In this document: in pieces, positions 25,501 through 37,478 of the stretch | Layout of the letters: every line of letters begins with the position of its first letter | Numbering within the stretch: the first letter of the stretch is position 1 | From: Eledone cirrhosa | Lineage: Eukaryota | Length of the DNA stretch: 64,000 bases | Assembly: GCA_964016885.1 (NCBI GenBank) | Contig: OZ024742.1 | Span: forward strand, 228,408,001 to 228,472,000 | Reading direction: 5' to 3' | The notes under the pieces: generated by a model | Seen by the model: the letters and a program-made list of their open reading frames with translations, nothing else | Told to the model about the DNA's origin: nothing | The model's database searches: none | Made by a program: the position numbers and the translations under genes

Positions 25501-27447
25501 TCCTCTATCACTAGTCCTTTGTTAAACCTAATCGACTCTACTTTAATTGCCTTTTTCAGGGCGAACCACGACGTGTTGTTGACCGCTTAACTAATACGCT
25601 TAACTAATACGCTAATCCGGTCTCTGTTGGCTTTGCGCGCCGGGAAAGACGTGTTTAGCTTCCAGTAACCGGGCCCTTGTCTATGAAGTCTGTCTATGTC
25701 GATATCACAGATCACAAATTTGTGGTCTGTGTAGTCGACTATTTAAAATTGTGGACAACTTATACTAGCCTTATCTAGTTCTCAGCAGAATACCCTATCG
25801 AGATACGATCTGGATGACTCGATGCGGTTTGTCCATGTCCACGTTGGCACATTCGGGTGATCCAGTCGATACCTGTCAGACAGTTCAAAACGTCTGAGCA
25901 GGTTGGTGAGGCTCTTGCACCCTCCTCGCCTATCCACTAGCCCCACACAATCCCAGCGTGCATCCAAGATACCGTTCCAGTCGCCCACTAACACTAAAGA
26001 GCGGGACGTTCCAAGAAAGGTCTCTAGACGTCTGAAGAAATCTGGCCGTCCTGCCCCTGTTGGGGCGTAGACGGCTACTAGCCTGAAAGCATTGCCTTCG
26101 CTGCCGGTCACGTCCAGCACCACCGACTTACCTTCTGGGTCTAGGAAGATGGCCCGTATGGCGAGATCCAAGCCTCTCTGAAAAAGGACGGCAGCCCCTC
26201 CTCCCGATTCTGGACGGCTGGGAGATGCGTATACATCGTAGCCGCCGAAGATCGGTGCGAAGGCTTGTGCTTCGGAGATTCTGGTCTCACTGATGGCCAC
26301 CACATCTATGTTTAGTGACCTGAGGTCGTTGAGCAGGTGACCCTGCTTCCAAGATGACCCTCAGGCCACGTGCATTTATACTGCCTATTCTGAGTACGGC
26401 CATGTTGGATGAGAAACGGGGCAAGTGAGAAAGGGTCACTTACCTTGATCGTGTGGTGAAGGGATAGTAGAACCGTCCCTTTGGCTCGTCATGGGTGTTT
26501 CCAAGAGGATGTCAGTGTATATCCTCTTGGTAACCGACCCTCTGAAGTCTCCAACTGCGTTGGGGAATTTTTGTTTTAAAGGTTTGTACTGTTCTATTGA
26601 GATTTCAATGGTGCTTATGTTTGTCGGGAGAGTTCTTGGTGTTGGTGGGGTGTAGTAGTTTTTTCTATGATGTCTGTGTGCTGCTTTATATATTGTATGA
26701 GTTCTTTTTTTGCCATGTTTATGGCTGTGTACTTTTTGGGGGGAGGGGTGATTTTGTTGCTGTTTTCTTCTTGTTGCTGTTTGGTGTGTGTGTTTTGTTT
26801 TGTTTGCGTTGTTGGTGTTTTTGGTGATGCTGGTGGTAGTGTGGTTGTTGTTGTCAGTGGTGCTTGTGGTGGTGATGGTGATGGTGGTGGTGTTGCTGCA
26901 AGTTTCCTTGCTGCCTTTACCCCTCTTTGTGCGCTTTCGCTTTTGGAGGGTGAATCTAAGGGCTTTTTTCTTTTTTGTTTTTTTTTGTGGCAGACCGTTT
27001 GCCACTTCACTCCCGCCTCAAACTCCATGTCGGATTCCGTGGCGTCTGGGAGGGGTATGTGCTCCACGGCTGTTGGTGGTGGTAGTGGAGCCCTCTTCGG
27101 CAATTTTGTTGCTGGGGTAGCTACTTCAAATGTAGCTATTGGTGTTGCCGCCACTGATGATGCTGCTTTAGTTGTCCGTGGCCTTGGTACGGGTGCTACG
27201 GACGTTGCCCTCCTAATCACCGTGGAAGGAGTTTCTGCGTTTGTTTCCTTCCCTGCTCTTGGTAGCAGCGGACCAGATATTGGAAGGAGAGGGTCCTTCT
27301 TCTTCGCTGTCTTCTGCGGGAAAAAGGCCCTGAGGTGACCCTTCGACCCACAGAGATTACATTTTGGCCGTCTTCCTTCTACGCTTATAGGGAGTTGGAG
27401 TCCTTCCTCGATGTCTATGATATCAAGGATAGCGTCGATACATTCCT
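22560..27447 (-). mobile_element. Tx1-clade LINE copy D, truncated in ORF1, with a distinct ORF1 subfamily
   Basis: APE at 25782-26403, fragmented RT, and a 3' end CAGCCCTTGTGGCCAATAAAGAAATCA followed by (TTA)n, abutting the 5' end of copy C. Confidence 0.92.
22686..22821 (+). mobile_element. 5'-truncated SINE inserted in the 3'UTR of copy D
   Basis: SINE body and tail flanked by an ~18-bp TSD ATTATTTATATAAGAAAA (22665-22682 and 22822-22839). It is absent from the homologous 3'UTR of copy E. Confidence 0.9.
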
Positions 27448-27850
27448 AGGGCCCGCATTAGGTGAAAACCTGCTTCATCGAGGAAAATCTTAAAGATTAT
27501 CCAGCCAGCAGAGTATTCGGTTTATTTTCTTTACATATTGTCCAGGCATGCAGTTTTTCCACGATTAGGTCTAATGGCGGCCCGCGTTCCAAAATACCTT
27601 ATCCCGTGCAACATCGGGTACTACTGCTAGTCCTTGATAAAAATGGCGACTGACTCTTGAAGAATACTGTAAAATACCCAGCCAGGTGCACTGTATGGTT
27701 AGTTGCATCTCCTTTCTATTTAATTCTGTGTTTGGAGATCAACACTAGCCGATATTAGATTTTTCTTTCATCAGTTATGCGTCATTCTCACAAGTAAACC
27801 CATACCAACCCATGTCACACGAGAGCTATTTGATTATTATTATTATTATT

Positions 27851-28223
27851 GTGGATTGGCAGTATCGGTAGAGGGTCGGACGCCATGCTTTGCAGCAAAA
27901 GAGTTACGGCCCTTTCTATTCTGAGTTCAAATCCCGCCGAGGTCAACTTTGCCTTTCATCCTTACGGGGTCGATAAAATAAAGTACCAGTAATGCACTGG
28001 GTAATTGCTGGCCTTGTGCCAAATGTAGAAACAATTATTATTAGGGCGGTTTGGCAGTATCGGTAGAGGGTCGGACATGCTTTCCAGCATAGTTACGTCC
28101 CTTTACGATCTGAGTTCAAATCCCGCTGAGGTTAACTTTGCCTTTCATCCTTACGGGGTCGATAAAATAAAGTACCAGTAATGTACTGGGATAATTGCTG
28201 GCCTTGTGCCAATATCAGAAACA
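27851..28223 (+). mobile_element. Two tandem tRNA-derived SINEs within (TTA)n
   Basis: Copies at 27851-28033 and 28043-28223. Each has an A-box-like TGGCAGTATCGG, a B-box GAGTTCAAATCC, a central GCCTTTCATCCTTACGGGGTCGATAAAATAAAGTACCAG (Meta-domain-like, from recall) and a tail followed by (TTA)n. Confidence 0.9.
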
Positions 28224-28235
28224 ATTATTATTATT

Positions 28236-28855
28236 ATGGTTGACGGAGGCTCGGCTCTGTAAAGTATTGTAATTTTTAACCGTTATAACAATTGTAAATT
28301 GTTTAAAACTTGAACCAAATTGTAGATAAAGACACCCTCCTCCTCGTGAGAGGGGTCTTTCTGCCCATTATTTGGCCCTTCGGGGTTAAATAACCAATTA
28401 TTCGGGATTTGTGCCCAATATTCATTTTAAACCGTAAAAAAACATGGCTAAAAAAAGAATTTTCACAAGTAACTCCCACTCCTTCCGTCTTCTTCTTCCC
28501 CAATCGTCATTACGTCAGAGAAAAGATTGTCTCTCTCCATCCCTTCTCTAAATGAGGTGTCGCCTCTGTCGCCTCTTTCGCAAGCGATGCCATTAACGAA
28601 AAAGAAAAATGTAATTTCTCGTAGCGTTCTTCATCAAGAGAACGCGCGTGCCGTGGAACATTTCTCCACGACGACGACGACGAAAGATGTGTGCGATAAA
28701 TACGGAAAGCCATTTCATTCGTCTGACTTCATGAAGAATAGCAGCAGCAGCAGCAGCCGTAATAATAGCAGCAGCAGCAACAGTGGCGAGGAAAATACTA
28801 GTAGTAGCAGCAACAACATCAGCAGCAGCATAAACAGCAGCAGCAGCAACAACAA

Positions 28856-28903
<48 letters not shown>

Positions 28904-31900
28904 CAACAACCACAGCAACAGCGGCGGTTGTAGTACCAGCTGCAACAACAAAAGTAACAGCAGCTCTGACGACAACAACAACAACAAAGAAAGAATAACC
29001 AATTACAAGAAAGAATAACCAATCTCGTTTGCAGGTATCGCAAAGAATCTGGAAACCATCCTTATAACAAATGAGGAATTAGAGGAAGCGAAGAAGATGG
29101 TGACGAAAACCGGACACCGAGCAATCTGCAAGGCAGCCGAAGAATTTTTCAAAACCCAACAGCACTGTACGGTCACGTACCGTAAAGTAAGCACAAAATC
29201 ACGTAGGGTTGAAAGAGCCACAGAGGCTCAAATACAAAAAGCCTTAGGGTCTGTGTGGCAGCGGAAAACGCATATCACCCGAGGCAAGATATATGCCACC
29301 GTGGACGTGCTTTTTGCCACACCCCAGGAGGCAAAGGCTCAATCCTTAGTGACCCTAAGGAGCGAGGAAATGGTGTTGGTGCCCTCCTACTGCAGGCAAA
29401 AATTGTGAGGGTCAACCTGACCAAAGCCCCCCCCCCCCGGGATGGCCCCTTCTTGGCTGGCGGCGTCTGTCCTCGTCGGAATCGAGGACAAAATAACCGT
29501 ACTGCAAGTACAGAAAAAAGTACGAGACGATTGGGTCGGCGCCTCCATTGAGATTTTAATTCAAACCGACCAGGAGTGTATCGAAGCTACCCCGGATGTG
29601 ATAGACTTCGATAACGGCACTCAACTTCCCATAAGTGTTGAGGGAAAACGCCAAAATGCTTTCGCTGTGGGTCGAAGACTCACCTCAGGGCCTTCTGCAA
29701 CGAGAAGACCCTGAGAAAGGAGAAAACCCCCCTCCTTCCGAAACCAGCTCCACTGCTACCAGCAACAGGACAGGCGGCAAGCAGGAAGGATAGGTCCGTG
29801 GCACCCATACCCACGTCACGGAAATCAAGAACAGCAGCAGTAGTGGAAGTATTAACAACAACAACAGTAATACCAACTGCAGCTGCAACAGTGACTTCAC
29901 TGCAGCCATCACCAACAAGAACAAGTGAAAGAGTGGAGCTGGTACCCCTCCCAACCTCACAGAATAGGACATGGAGTGTGAGGTGGGAGAGGGATGGCAA
30001 AAGGTCGCAAGAAGACACAAGCGCAGAAGCAGCGCATCGTCGTCATCGAAAAGGGAGGGAAGAGATGAAATAAAGGTGAAGGTTACTGCAAAGAGACTTA
30101 CAGCAGCAACACCACCAACACCATCACCACCCACACTAGCACTACCTTCACCACCGGCGGCAACCCCACCGCCAACAACAACAACACCTTCAACAGCATC
30201 ACCACAAGCACCAACATCGCAAACACAACAACAAAACACACACCCAGCAACAACGACAAAAAAATAGCAAAACCATACCCCACCTCCAAAAAAGAAATGC
30301 ACAGCAATAAATACACGCAACAAGAAACTAATGACTTACATAATTGAACACACAGACATTTCCCAGCATGACTACATAATACCAGCACCAATGAAAACAC
30401 CAACGAACATAAGACTGGTAAGAATAGCACAGAAACAATACACTAACATTAAAATGAAATTCCCCAACGCAGAGACCTAGGAGAGACACTCAACCGGAGA
30501 GTATACTCGGATATACTCACAGAAGAACCGACGACCAGCCGAAGGGACGGTTCAACGGTCCCTTCACCAGACGATCAAAGTAAGTGATCTTTTCTCACTT
30601 GCACCGTTCGGATTAGCGTATTAGTTAAGCGGGCGTTGACGGGAGCGGTCAACAACAGGTGGTGGTTTGCCCTGAAAAAGGCAATTAAAGTAGAGTCGAT
30701 TAGGTTTAGCAAAGGACTAGTGATAGAGGAAAATAGAGTAGAGGGAGAGCTAGTCAGAAAGCTAGAAGAGGCGTTTAGGACAGGCATCGCAACCGACGTG
30801 CTTGTGGCGAGATTGGCACTCGACCAATTCTTCAACGCAAAACACGAAGGCTGCGTTGTCAGAGCTAGAGCGCGTGCTCTGAAACACGAGGGGACGAAAA
30901 CCGTCCAATGGGCCCAGGTGGCAGTGGCGCGACGTGGCAACAAAGTCACAATTCGGTCTTTGTCTAACCAAAACGGGTGCGTGTTGCTCGAACCCAAGCG
31001 GATGTGTGAAGCTTTTCAGCAGCACTTTGCTGAACTGTTCGGAGCGGTGGCGGCCCGGATCGTGGTATGGACTTCAGTGCATACCTCGACGGACTGCCTC
31101 GGCCCTCGACGACCGCAGCACGGTGTTGCGAAAAGCCAATAACAGCCGGTGAAATACGAGAAGCGATGGCTAACTGCACGAGGGGTAAATTGCCAGGTTT
31201 GGATGGTCTGTCCTACGAGATTTATGCATTTATGCCAGATTTGTTTGGTGACCTCTTGGCAGACGTCTACTGCAACTGTAAGCAGAAAGGGATCATTCCC
31301 AGTTTTGTGAGCCGGGGAGCGTTGGCGCTGCAGAGAAAAGACCCGAACAAGGGGGATGTTATCGATAACTTCAGGCTCATAACTCTGCTAAACGCAGAGT
31401 TCAAGATTTTGGCCAAGGTGTTAGCAACGAGGTTGGCGCTTGTCGTCGAGGGTCTGGTGGGAGAGGCGCAGACATGCGCCATTCCGGACAGATCCATACA
31501 CTATAACCTCCACCTCATGCGATACATCATAGAGAGGGTGGTTAAGGAACCTGGCAATCCAAAGCATCCGATAGGGTCGACCATCGGTACCTGGCGGCGG
31601 TCCCCGAGACAGCCGGTTTCGGGCCCGTTTTCAGGGGTTGGATCGCTGCGATGTACAGTGACATCTGCTCAGTTGTGAGGGGGAACTGTCACCTGTCGCA
31701 ACCGTTCAGCATCAAGCGCTCGGTCCGCCAGGGTTGTCCCCTCTCTTCCCTCTTGTACGATGAGGGGCATCCCACGCGAACTAGGATGCGGGAAATCCGA
31801 GTCGTCTTACGCCGACGACGTCACCGTGGTGGTGCCAAGCACCAGACACGTCCAGATGCTCGGCACCGCTCTCAAGGAAGCGGTGGCAGGAGCAAAGATA

Positions 31901-33434
31901 AACCAGGAAAAGTCGGTGGGCTTGCAGCTCGGCACCTGGAGAGGAAAGTCCATGCCATCCGACAGCGTCGTGGGGCGTTGGACGGACGGAGCGGTAAATT
32001 GCTCGGGGTCTGGTTCGGACCGGACCTCCAGATGGAGAAAAACTGGAGCGAAGTGACGAGCAGGGTGGCCTCCCTCACCCAGAAATGGGCCGAAATGAAG
32101 CTGTCCCTGAAAGGCCGGGCGGAGTTGGCGAATGCGTATATCGAATCCGTCATCTGCTACCGCCTACCCGTCGTCCCTTGCCCCGGCCAAACTCTCACCA
32201 AAATGGAGCACCTTCTCTTCCGCTTTTAATGGAACGGAGGCGCTCCCATGGTCAGACGATCCATCTGCTGTCAACACCCATTGCGTGGAGGACTGGGCAA
32301 GCTATGGGTGATGATACGCAAACATGTGCTGAGGATGCGACATCTCTGGTGCTTCCTTGACGGTGAACAGGTGTGGTCGCCGTTCACCAGGCACATTTTC
32401 CCACAGCTCGTCTTCTTGACGGAACTGCAATCCTGGGTCAGGAAAAACCGAGAGACAGCGCTTGGAAACTGGAATGTCTCCAGGTGCTCACTGCCCTATG
32501 CCAGCTGGGCACCAGTATCGGTGGAACATCCACCTCGGCGTTCTATAGAGGACTAGTGGAGGGGAAGAGCGACGACGTTCTCGGAGAGATCCTGGGCGTC
32601 GAAGAAAATCAGCTGTTTGCTCTCTTCCGGAGAACTTTCAGCCCAGGGCCTATGGATAACTTCCAGAAACCCCTGGCCTGGCAGTGCTACCGGGGAGCTT
32701 TGCCGGTTCGCGATAAGCTCTACAGGCACGGAAGTGCCGTCAGCTGAGCCTGTCCGAGATGCGCGCAGAGCGACAAAGCCGTCGTGTTCGCACTCGTTCA
32801 GTGCCCGAGCATTGCTGATTTTAGGAGCTATGTCGAACAGTTGCTGTCGCGTGTAGGACTGATCTGGTTATCGAGTCCATTGTGCAGATGGTCTCACCGT
32901 CTTCCTTCGAGGAGGAAGGGCAGGCGGTTTTCATCTGCCTGGTGGCCATGGCGAAAGAGATTGTGTGGTGAACGGGATAAAGACAGACACTTTCCTCTAC
33001 GGCGAATCACTGATTAACTTTTTCAAGTTTCACTTGAAGAGGAAAATCAGGGTGGAGTGGCAAGTGCTGCCTTCTAGCAAGTTTGTTGAAAGGTGGGTGA
33101 ATGTAGCAAGAATGGTCCGAGTGAACGAGACCGCTCTGAATATACGCCTGTAGTTTGAGAAATGGAAAAAATTGAGAGAGGGCGCTTGCCCTGGTGGTCA
33201 GAGTGGCCGTGGTCTTTTGTGTGGTTTTCGCCACGAGTAACCCTCGGAGATTTCCTCCTATTAGTGAATTTTTGATTGTTAGAATTTTCATTTTTATTGT
33301 TTATATATATATATGTGTTTCTATGTCTTTTCTCTTTTTCGTTTCTTATATAAATAATAAAAATCTTTACACGCACAAAACCCACATCGTACCGTCCTGT
33401 GCCGTCTGTAATGTTTTTCTTGATGTCAGCCCTT
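28236..33434 (+). mobile_element. Tx1-clade LINE copy E, recombinant and APE-deleted
   Basis: A/C-type 5'UTR and ORF1 joined to a D-type spacer, RT and 3'UTR. About 0.8 kb of the endonuclease region is missing at ~30608. TTATT flanks both ends. Confidence 0.9.
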
Positions 33435-33440
33435 ATTATT

Positions 33441-36400
33441 AAAATAAAAAACGGACAACCCCATAAAAAAACGGGGCACCCAAATAAAAAACGGACGCCC
33501 CCCCATAAAAAAACGGACCACCCAAATAAAAAACGGACCCCCCCCATAAAACAACGGGGCATCCAAATAAAAAACGGACCTCCCCATAAAAAAACGGGGC
33601 ACCCAAATAAAAAACGGACCCCACCCCATTAAAAAACGGAGCACCCAAATAAAAAAAACGGGGCACTCAAATAAAAAAACGGGGCACCCAAATATAAAAC
33701 GGACCCCCCCATAAAAAAACGACCCCCCCCCTTAAAAAACGAGGCACCCAAATAAAAAAACGGGGCACCCAAATAAAAAACGGGGCACCCAAATAAAAAA
33801 CGGGGCACCCAAATAAAAAAACAGAGCAGCCAAATAAATGACGGAGCACCCAAATAAAAAAAGGGGGCACCCAAATAAAAACGGGGCACCTAAATAAAAA
33901 ACGGATTCCCCTCATAAAAAAACGGGGCACCCAAATAAAAAAACGGGGCACCCAAATAAAAAAACGGGGCACCCAAATAAAAACGGACCCCCCATAAAAA
34001 AACGAGGCACACAAATAAAAAACAGGGCACCCAAATAAAAAAACGGGGCACCCAAATAAAAAACGGGGTACCCAAATAAAAAACGGCCCCCCCCCATGAA
34101 AAAACGGGGCACCCATACAAAAAACGGACCCCCCATAAAAAATGGGGCACCCAAATAAAAAATGTACCCCCCATAAAAAAATGGGGCACCCAATTTAAAA
34201 AACGGGGCACCCAAATAAAAAACGGGGCACCCAAATACAAAAAGAGGCACCCAAATAAAAAACGGACCCCACCATAAAAATACGGGGCACCCAAAAACAA
34301 AACGGACCACCCCATATAAAAAGGCGCACCCAAATAAAAAACGGGGCACCTAAATCAAAAAACGGGGCACCCAAATAAAAAAACGGGGCACGCAAATAAA
34401 AAAAACGGGGCACCCATAAAAAAACGGGGCACCCAAATAAAAAACGTACCCACCCGATAATAAAACGGGGCACCCAAATAAAAAACGGACCCCCCCATAA
34501 AACAACGGGGCATCCAAATAAAAAACGGACATCCTCATAAATACGGGGCACCCAAATAAAAAACGGCCCCCCCCCATAACAAGACGGGGCACCCAAATAA
34601 AACGGACCCCCCCACCATAAAAAACGGGGCACCCAAAGAAAAAAATGACCCCCCCCCATGAGAAAACGGGACAACCAAATAAAAAAACGGGGCACCCAAA
34701 TAAAAAACGGAGCCCCCGATAAAAAACGGGGCACACAAATAAAAAAACGGGGCACCCAAATAAAAAAACGGGGCACCCAAAGAAAAAAAGGACCCCCCAT
34801 GAGAAAACGGGACAACCAAATAAAATAACCGGGCACCCAAATAAAAAACGGGGCACCCAAATAAAAAATGGACCCCCATAAAAAACGGACCCCCCTATAA
34901 AAAAACGGGGCACCCAAATAAAAAAACGGGGCACCCAAATAAAAAACGGACCTCCCCCATAGAAAAACGGACCCCCATAAAAGAACGGGGCACGGAAACA
35001 AAAAAACGGACGCCCCCATAAAAAAACGGGGCACCCAAATAAAAAACGAACACCGCCATAAAAAAACGGGGCACCCAAATAAAAAACGCACCCCCCCATA
35101 AAACAACGGGGCACCCAAATAAAAAACGGACCCCCCCATAAAACACGGGGCACCTACATAAAAAACGGGGCACCCAAATAAAAAACGGACCCCCATAAAA
35201 CAACGGGGCACCCAAATAAAAAACGGACCCCCCTTAAAAAAACGGGGCACTCAAATAAAAAAAGGACCCCCCCATAAAAAAAGGACACCCAGATAAAAAA
35301 CGGACATCCCCATAAATACGGGGCACCCAAATAAAAAAAGGGCCCCCCCATAACAAAACGGGGCACCCAAATAAAACGGACCCCCCCACCATAAAAAAAC
35401 GGGGCACCCAAAGAAAAAAAAGGGGCACCCAAGAAAAACCGGATCCCCCATGAGAAAACGGGACAACCAAATAAAAAAACGGGGCACCCAAATAAAAAAC
35501 GGAGCCCCCGATAAAAAACGGGGCACACAAATAAAAAAACGGCGCACCCAAATAAAATAACCGGGCACCCAAATAAAAAACGGGGCACCCAAATAAAAAA
35601 TGGACCCCCCATAAAAAACGGACCCCCCTATAAAAAAACGGGGCACCCAAATAAAAAAACGGGGCACCCAAATAAAAAACGGACCTCCCCATAGAAAAAC
35701 GGACCCCCATAAAAGAACGGGGCACGGAAACAAAAAACAGACGCCCCCATAAAAAAACGGGGCACCCAAATAAAAAACGAACACCGCCATAAAAAAACGG
35801 GGCACCCAAATAAAAAACGGACCCACCCACAAAACAACGGGGCACCCAAATAAAAAACGGACCCCCCCATAAAAAACGGGGCACCCACATAAAAAACGGG
35901 ACACCCAAATAAAAAACGGTCCCCCCCCCCATAAAAAACGGGGCACCCAAATAAAATACGGACCCCCATAAAACAACGGGGCACCCAAATAAAAAACGGA
36001 CCACCCCATAAACGGAGCACCCAAATAAAAAACGAGGCACCCAAATAAAAAACGGACACGCCCCCATAAAAATACGGGGCACCCAAATAAAAAACGGACC
36101 ACCCGATATAAAAAAAGCACCCAAATACAAAACGGCCCCCCCCATAAAAACGGGGCACCCAAATAAAAAACGGCCCCCCCCCATAAAAACGGGGCACCCA
36201 AATAAAAAACGAACCTCCCCATAAAAATCGGCCCCCCCCCAAAAAAAACGGGCACCCAAATAAAAAACGGACCCCCCCCTAAAAAAACGGGGCACCCAAA
36301 TAAAAAACGGACCCCCCCATAAAAACTGGCACCCAAATAAAAAACGGGGCCCCCAAATAAAAAACGGGGCACCCAAATAAAAAACGGGGCACCCAAATAA

Positions 36401-37478
36401 AAAAAGGGGCCCCAAATAAAAAAAATCCGGGCACCCAAATAAAAAACGGGGCACCCAAATAAAAAACGAGGCACCCAAATAAAAAAATGGGGGCAATCAA
36501 ACAAAAAACGGATCCCCCCCATAAGAAAACGGGCACCCAAATAAAAACGGACCCCCCATAAACAAACGGGGCACCCAAATAAAAAACGAGGCACCCAAAT
36601 AAAAAACGGGGCACCCAAATAAAAAAACAGGGCACGTAAATAAAAAAACGGGGCACCCATATAAAAATCGGGGCACCCCATAAAAAAAACGGGGCACCCA
36701 AATTAAAAAACGGGGCACCCAAATAAAAAACGGACCTCACCTCCCATAAAAAAAGGGAGCACCCAAATAAAAAACGGGGCACCCAAATAAAAAAAGGACG
36801 CCCCATAAAAAAGGACACCCAAATAAAAAACGACCCCCTCCATAAAAAAACGGGGCACCCAAATAAAAAACGGACCCCCCCATAAAAAACTGGCACACAA
36901 ATAAAAAACGGACTCCTCCCCATAAAAAACGGGCACCCAAATAAAAAACGGGGCACCCAAATAAAAAACGGAGCACCCAAATAAAAAACGGACCCTCCCC
37001 CCATAAGAAAACGGGGCACCCAAATAAAAAACGGAACCCCACATGAAAAAACGGAGCACCCAAATACAAAACGAGGCACCCAAATAAAAAAACGGGGCAC
37101 CCAAATAAAAAACGAGGCACCCAAATAAAATACGGACCCCCCCATAAAAACGGGGCACCCAAATAAAAAACGTGGCACCCAAATTCAAAACGGACCCCCC
37201 CCCATAAAAAGGGGCACCCAAATAAAAAACGGAACAGCCCATAATAAAACGGGGTACCCAAATAAAAAAACGAGGCACCCAAATAAAAAACGAGGCACCC
37301 AAATAAAAAAAGGGGGCACCCAAACAAAAAACGGACTCCCCCATAAAAAAACGGGCACCCAAATAAAAAACGTACCCTCTTTAAAAAAACGGACTCCCCC
37401 ATAAAAAAACGGGACACCCAAATAAAAAAACGGGGCACCCAAATAAAATAACGGGGCACCGAAATAAAAAACGGACCC
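33441..37478. repeat. ~4-kb minisatellite, ~20-bp unit GGGGCACCCAAATAAAAAAC interspersed with GGACCCCCCATAAAAAAC
   Basis: Directly visible tandem units, with a higher-order duplication of ~730-775 bp. Confidence 0.97.

Noticed and set aside
27851-28223. tRNA genes
   Set aside because: The A/B boxes belong to SINE heads; there is no cloverleaf or terminator.
11428-32153. ORFs antisense to the Tx1 copies (poly-Leu/Cys/Val etc.)
   Set aside because: They are shadows of Tx1 ORF1/ORF2 and their triplet repeats.
33426-37478. Long ORFs rich in FGCPVF/WVPRFF/LGAPFF (up to 476 aa)
   Set aside because: They are open in all three minus frames because the satellite strand lacks stop codons. These are artefacts, including the apparent helicase-repeat fusion at 36737-37747.
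33441-37478. CRISPR-like array
   Set aside because: There are no unique spacers and no cas genes, and the context is eukaryotic.
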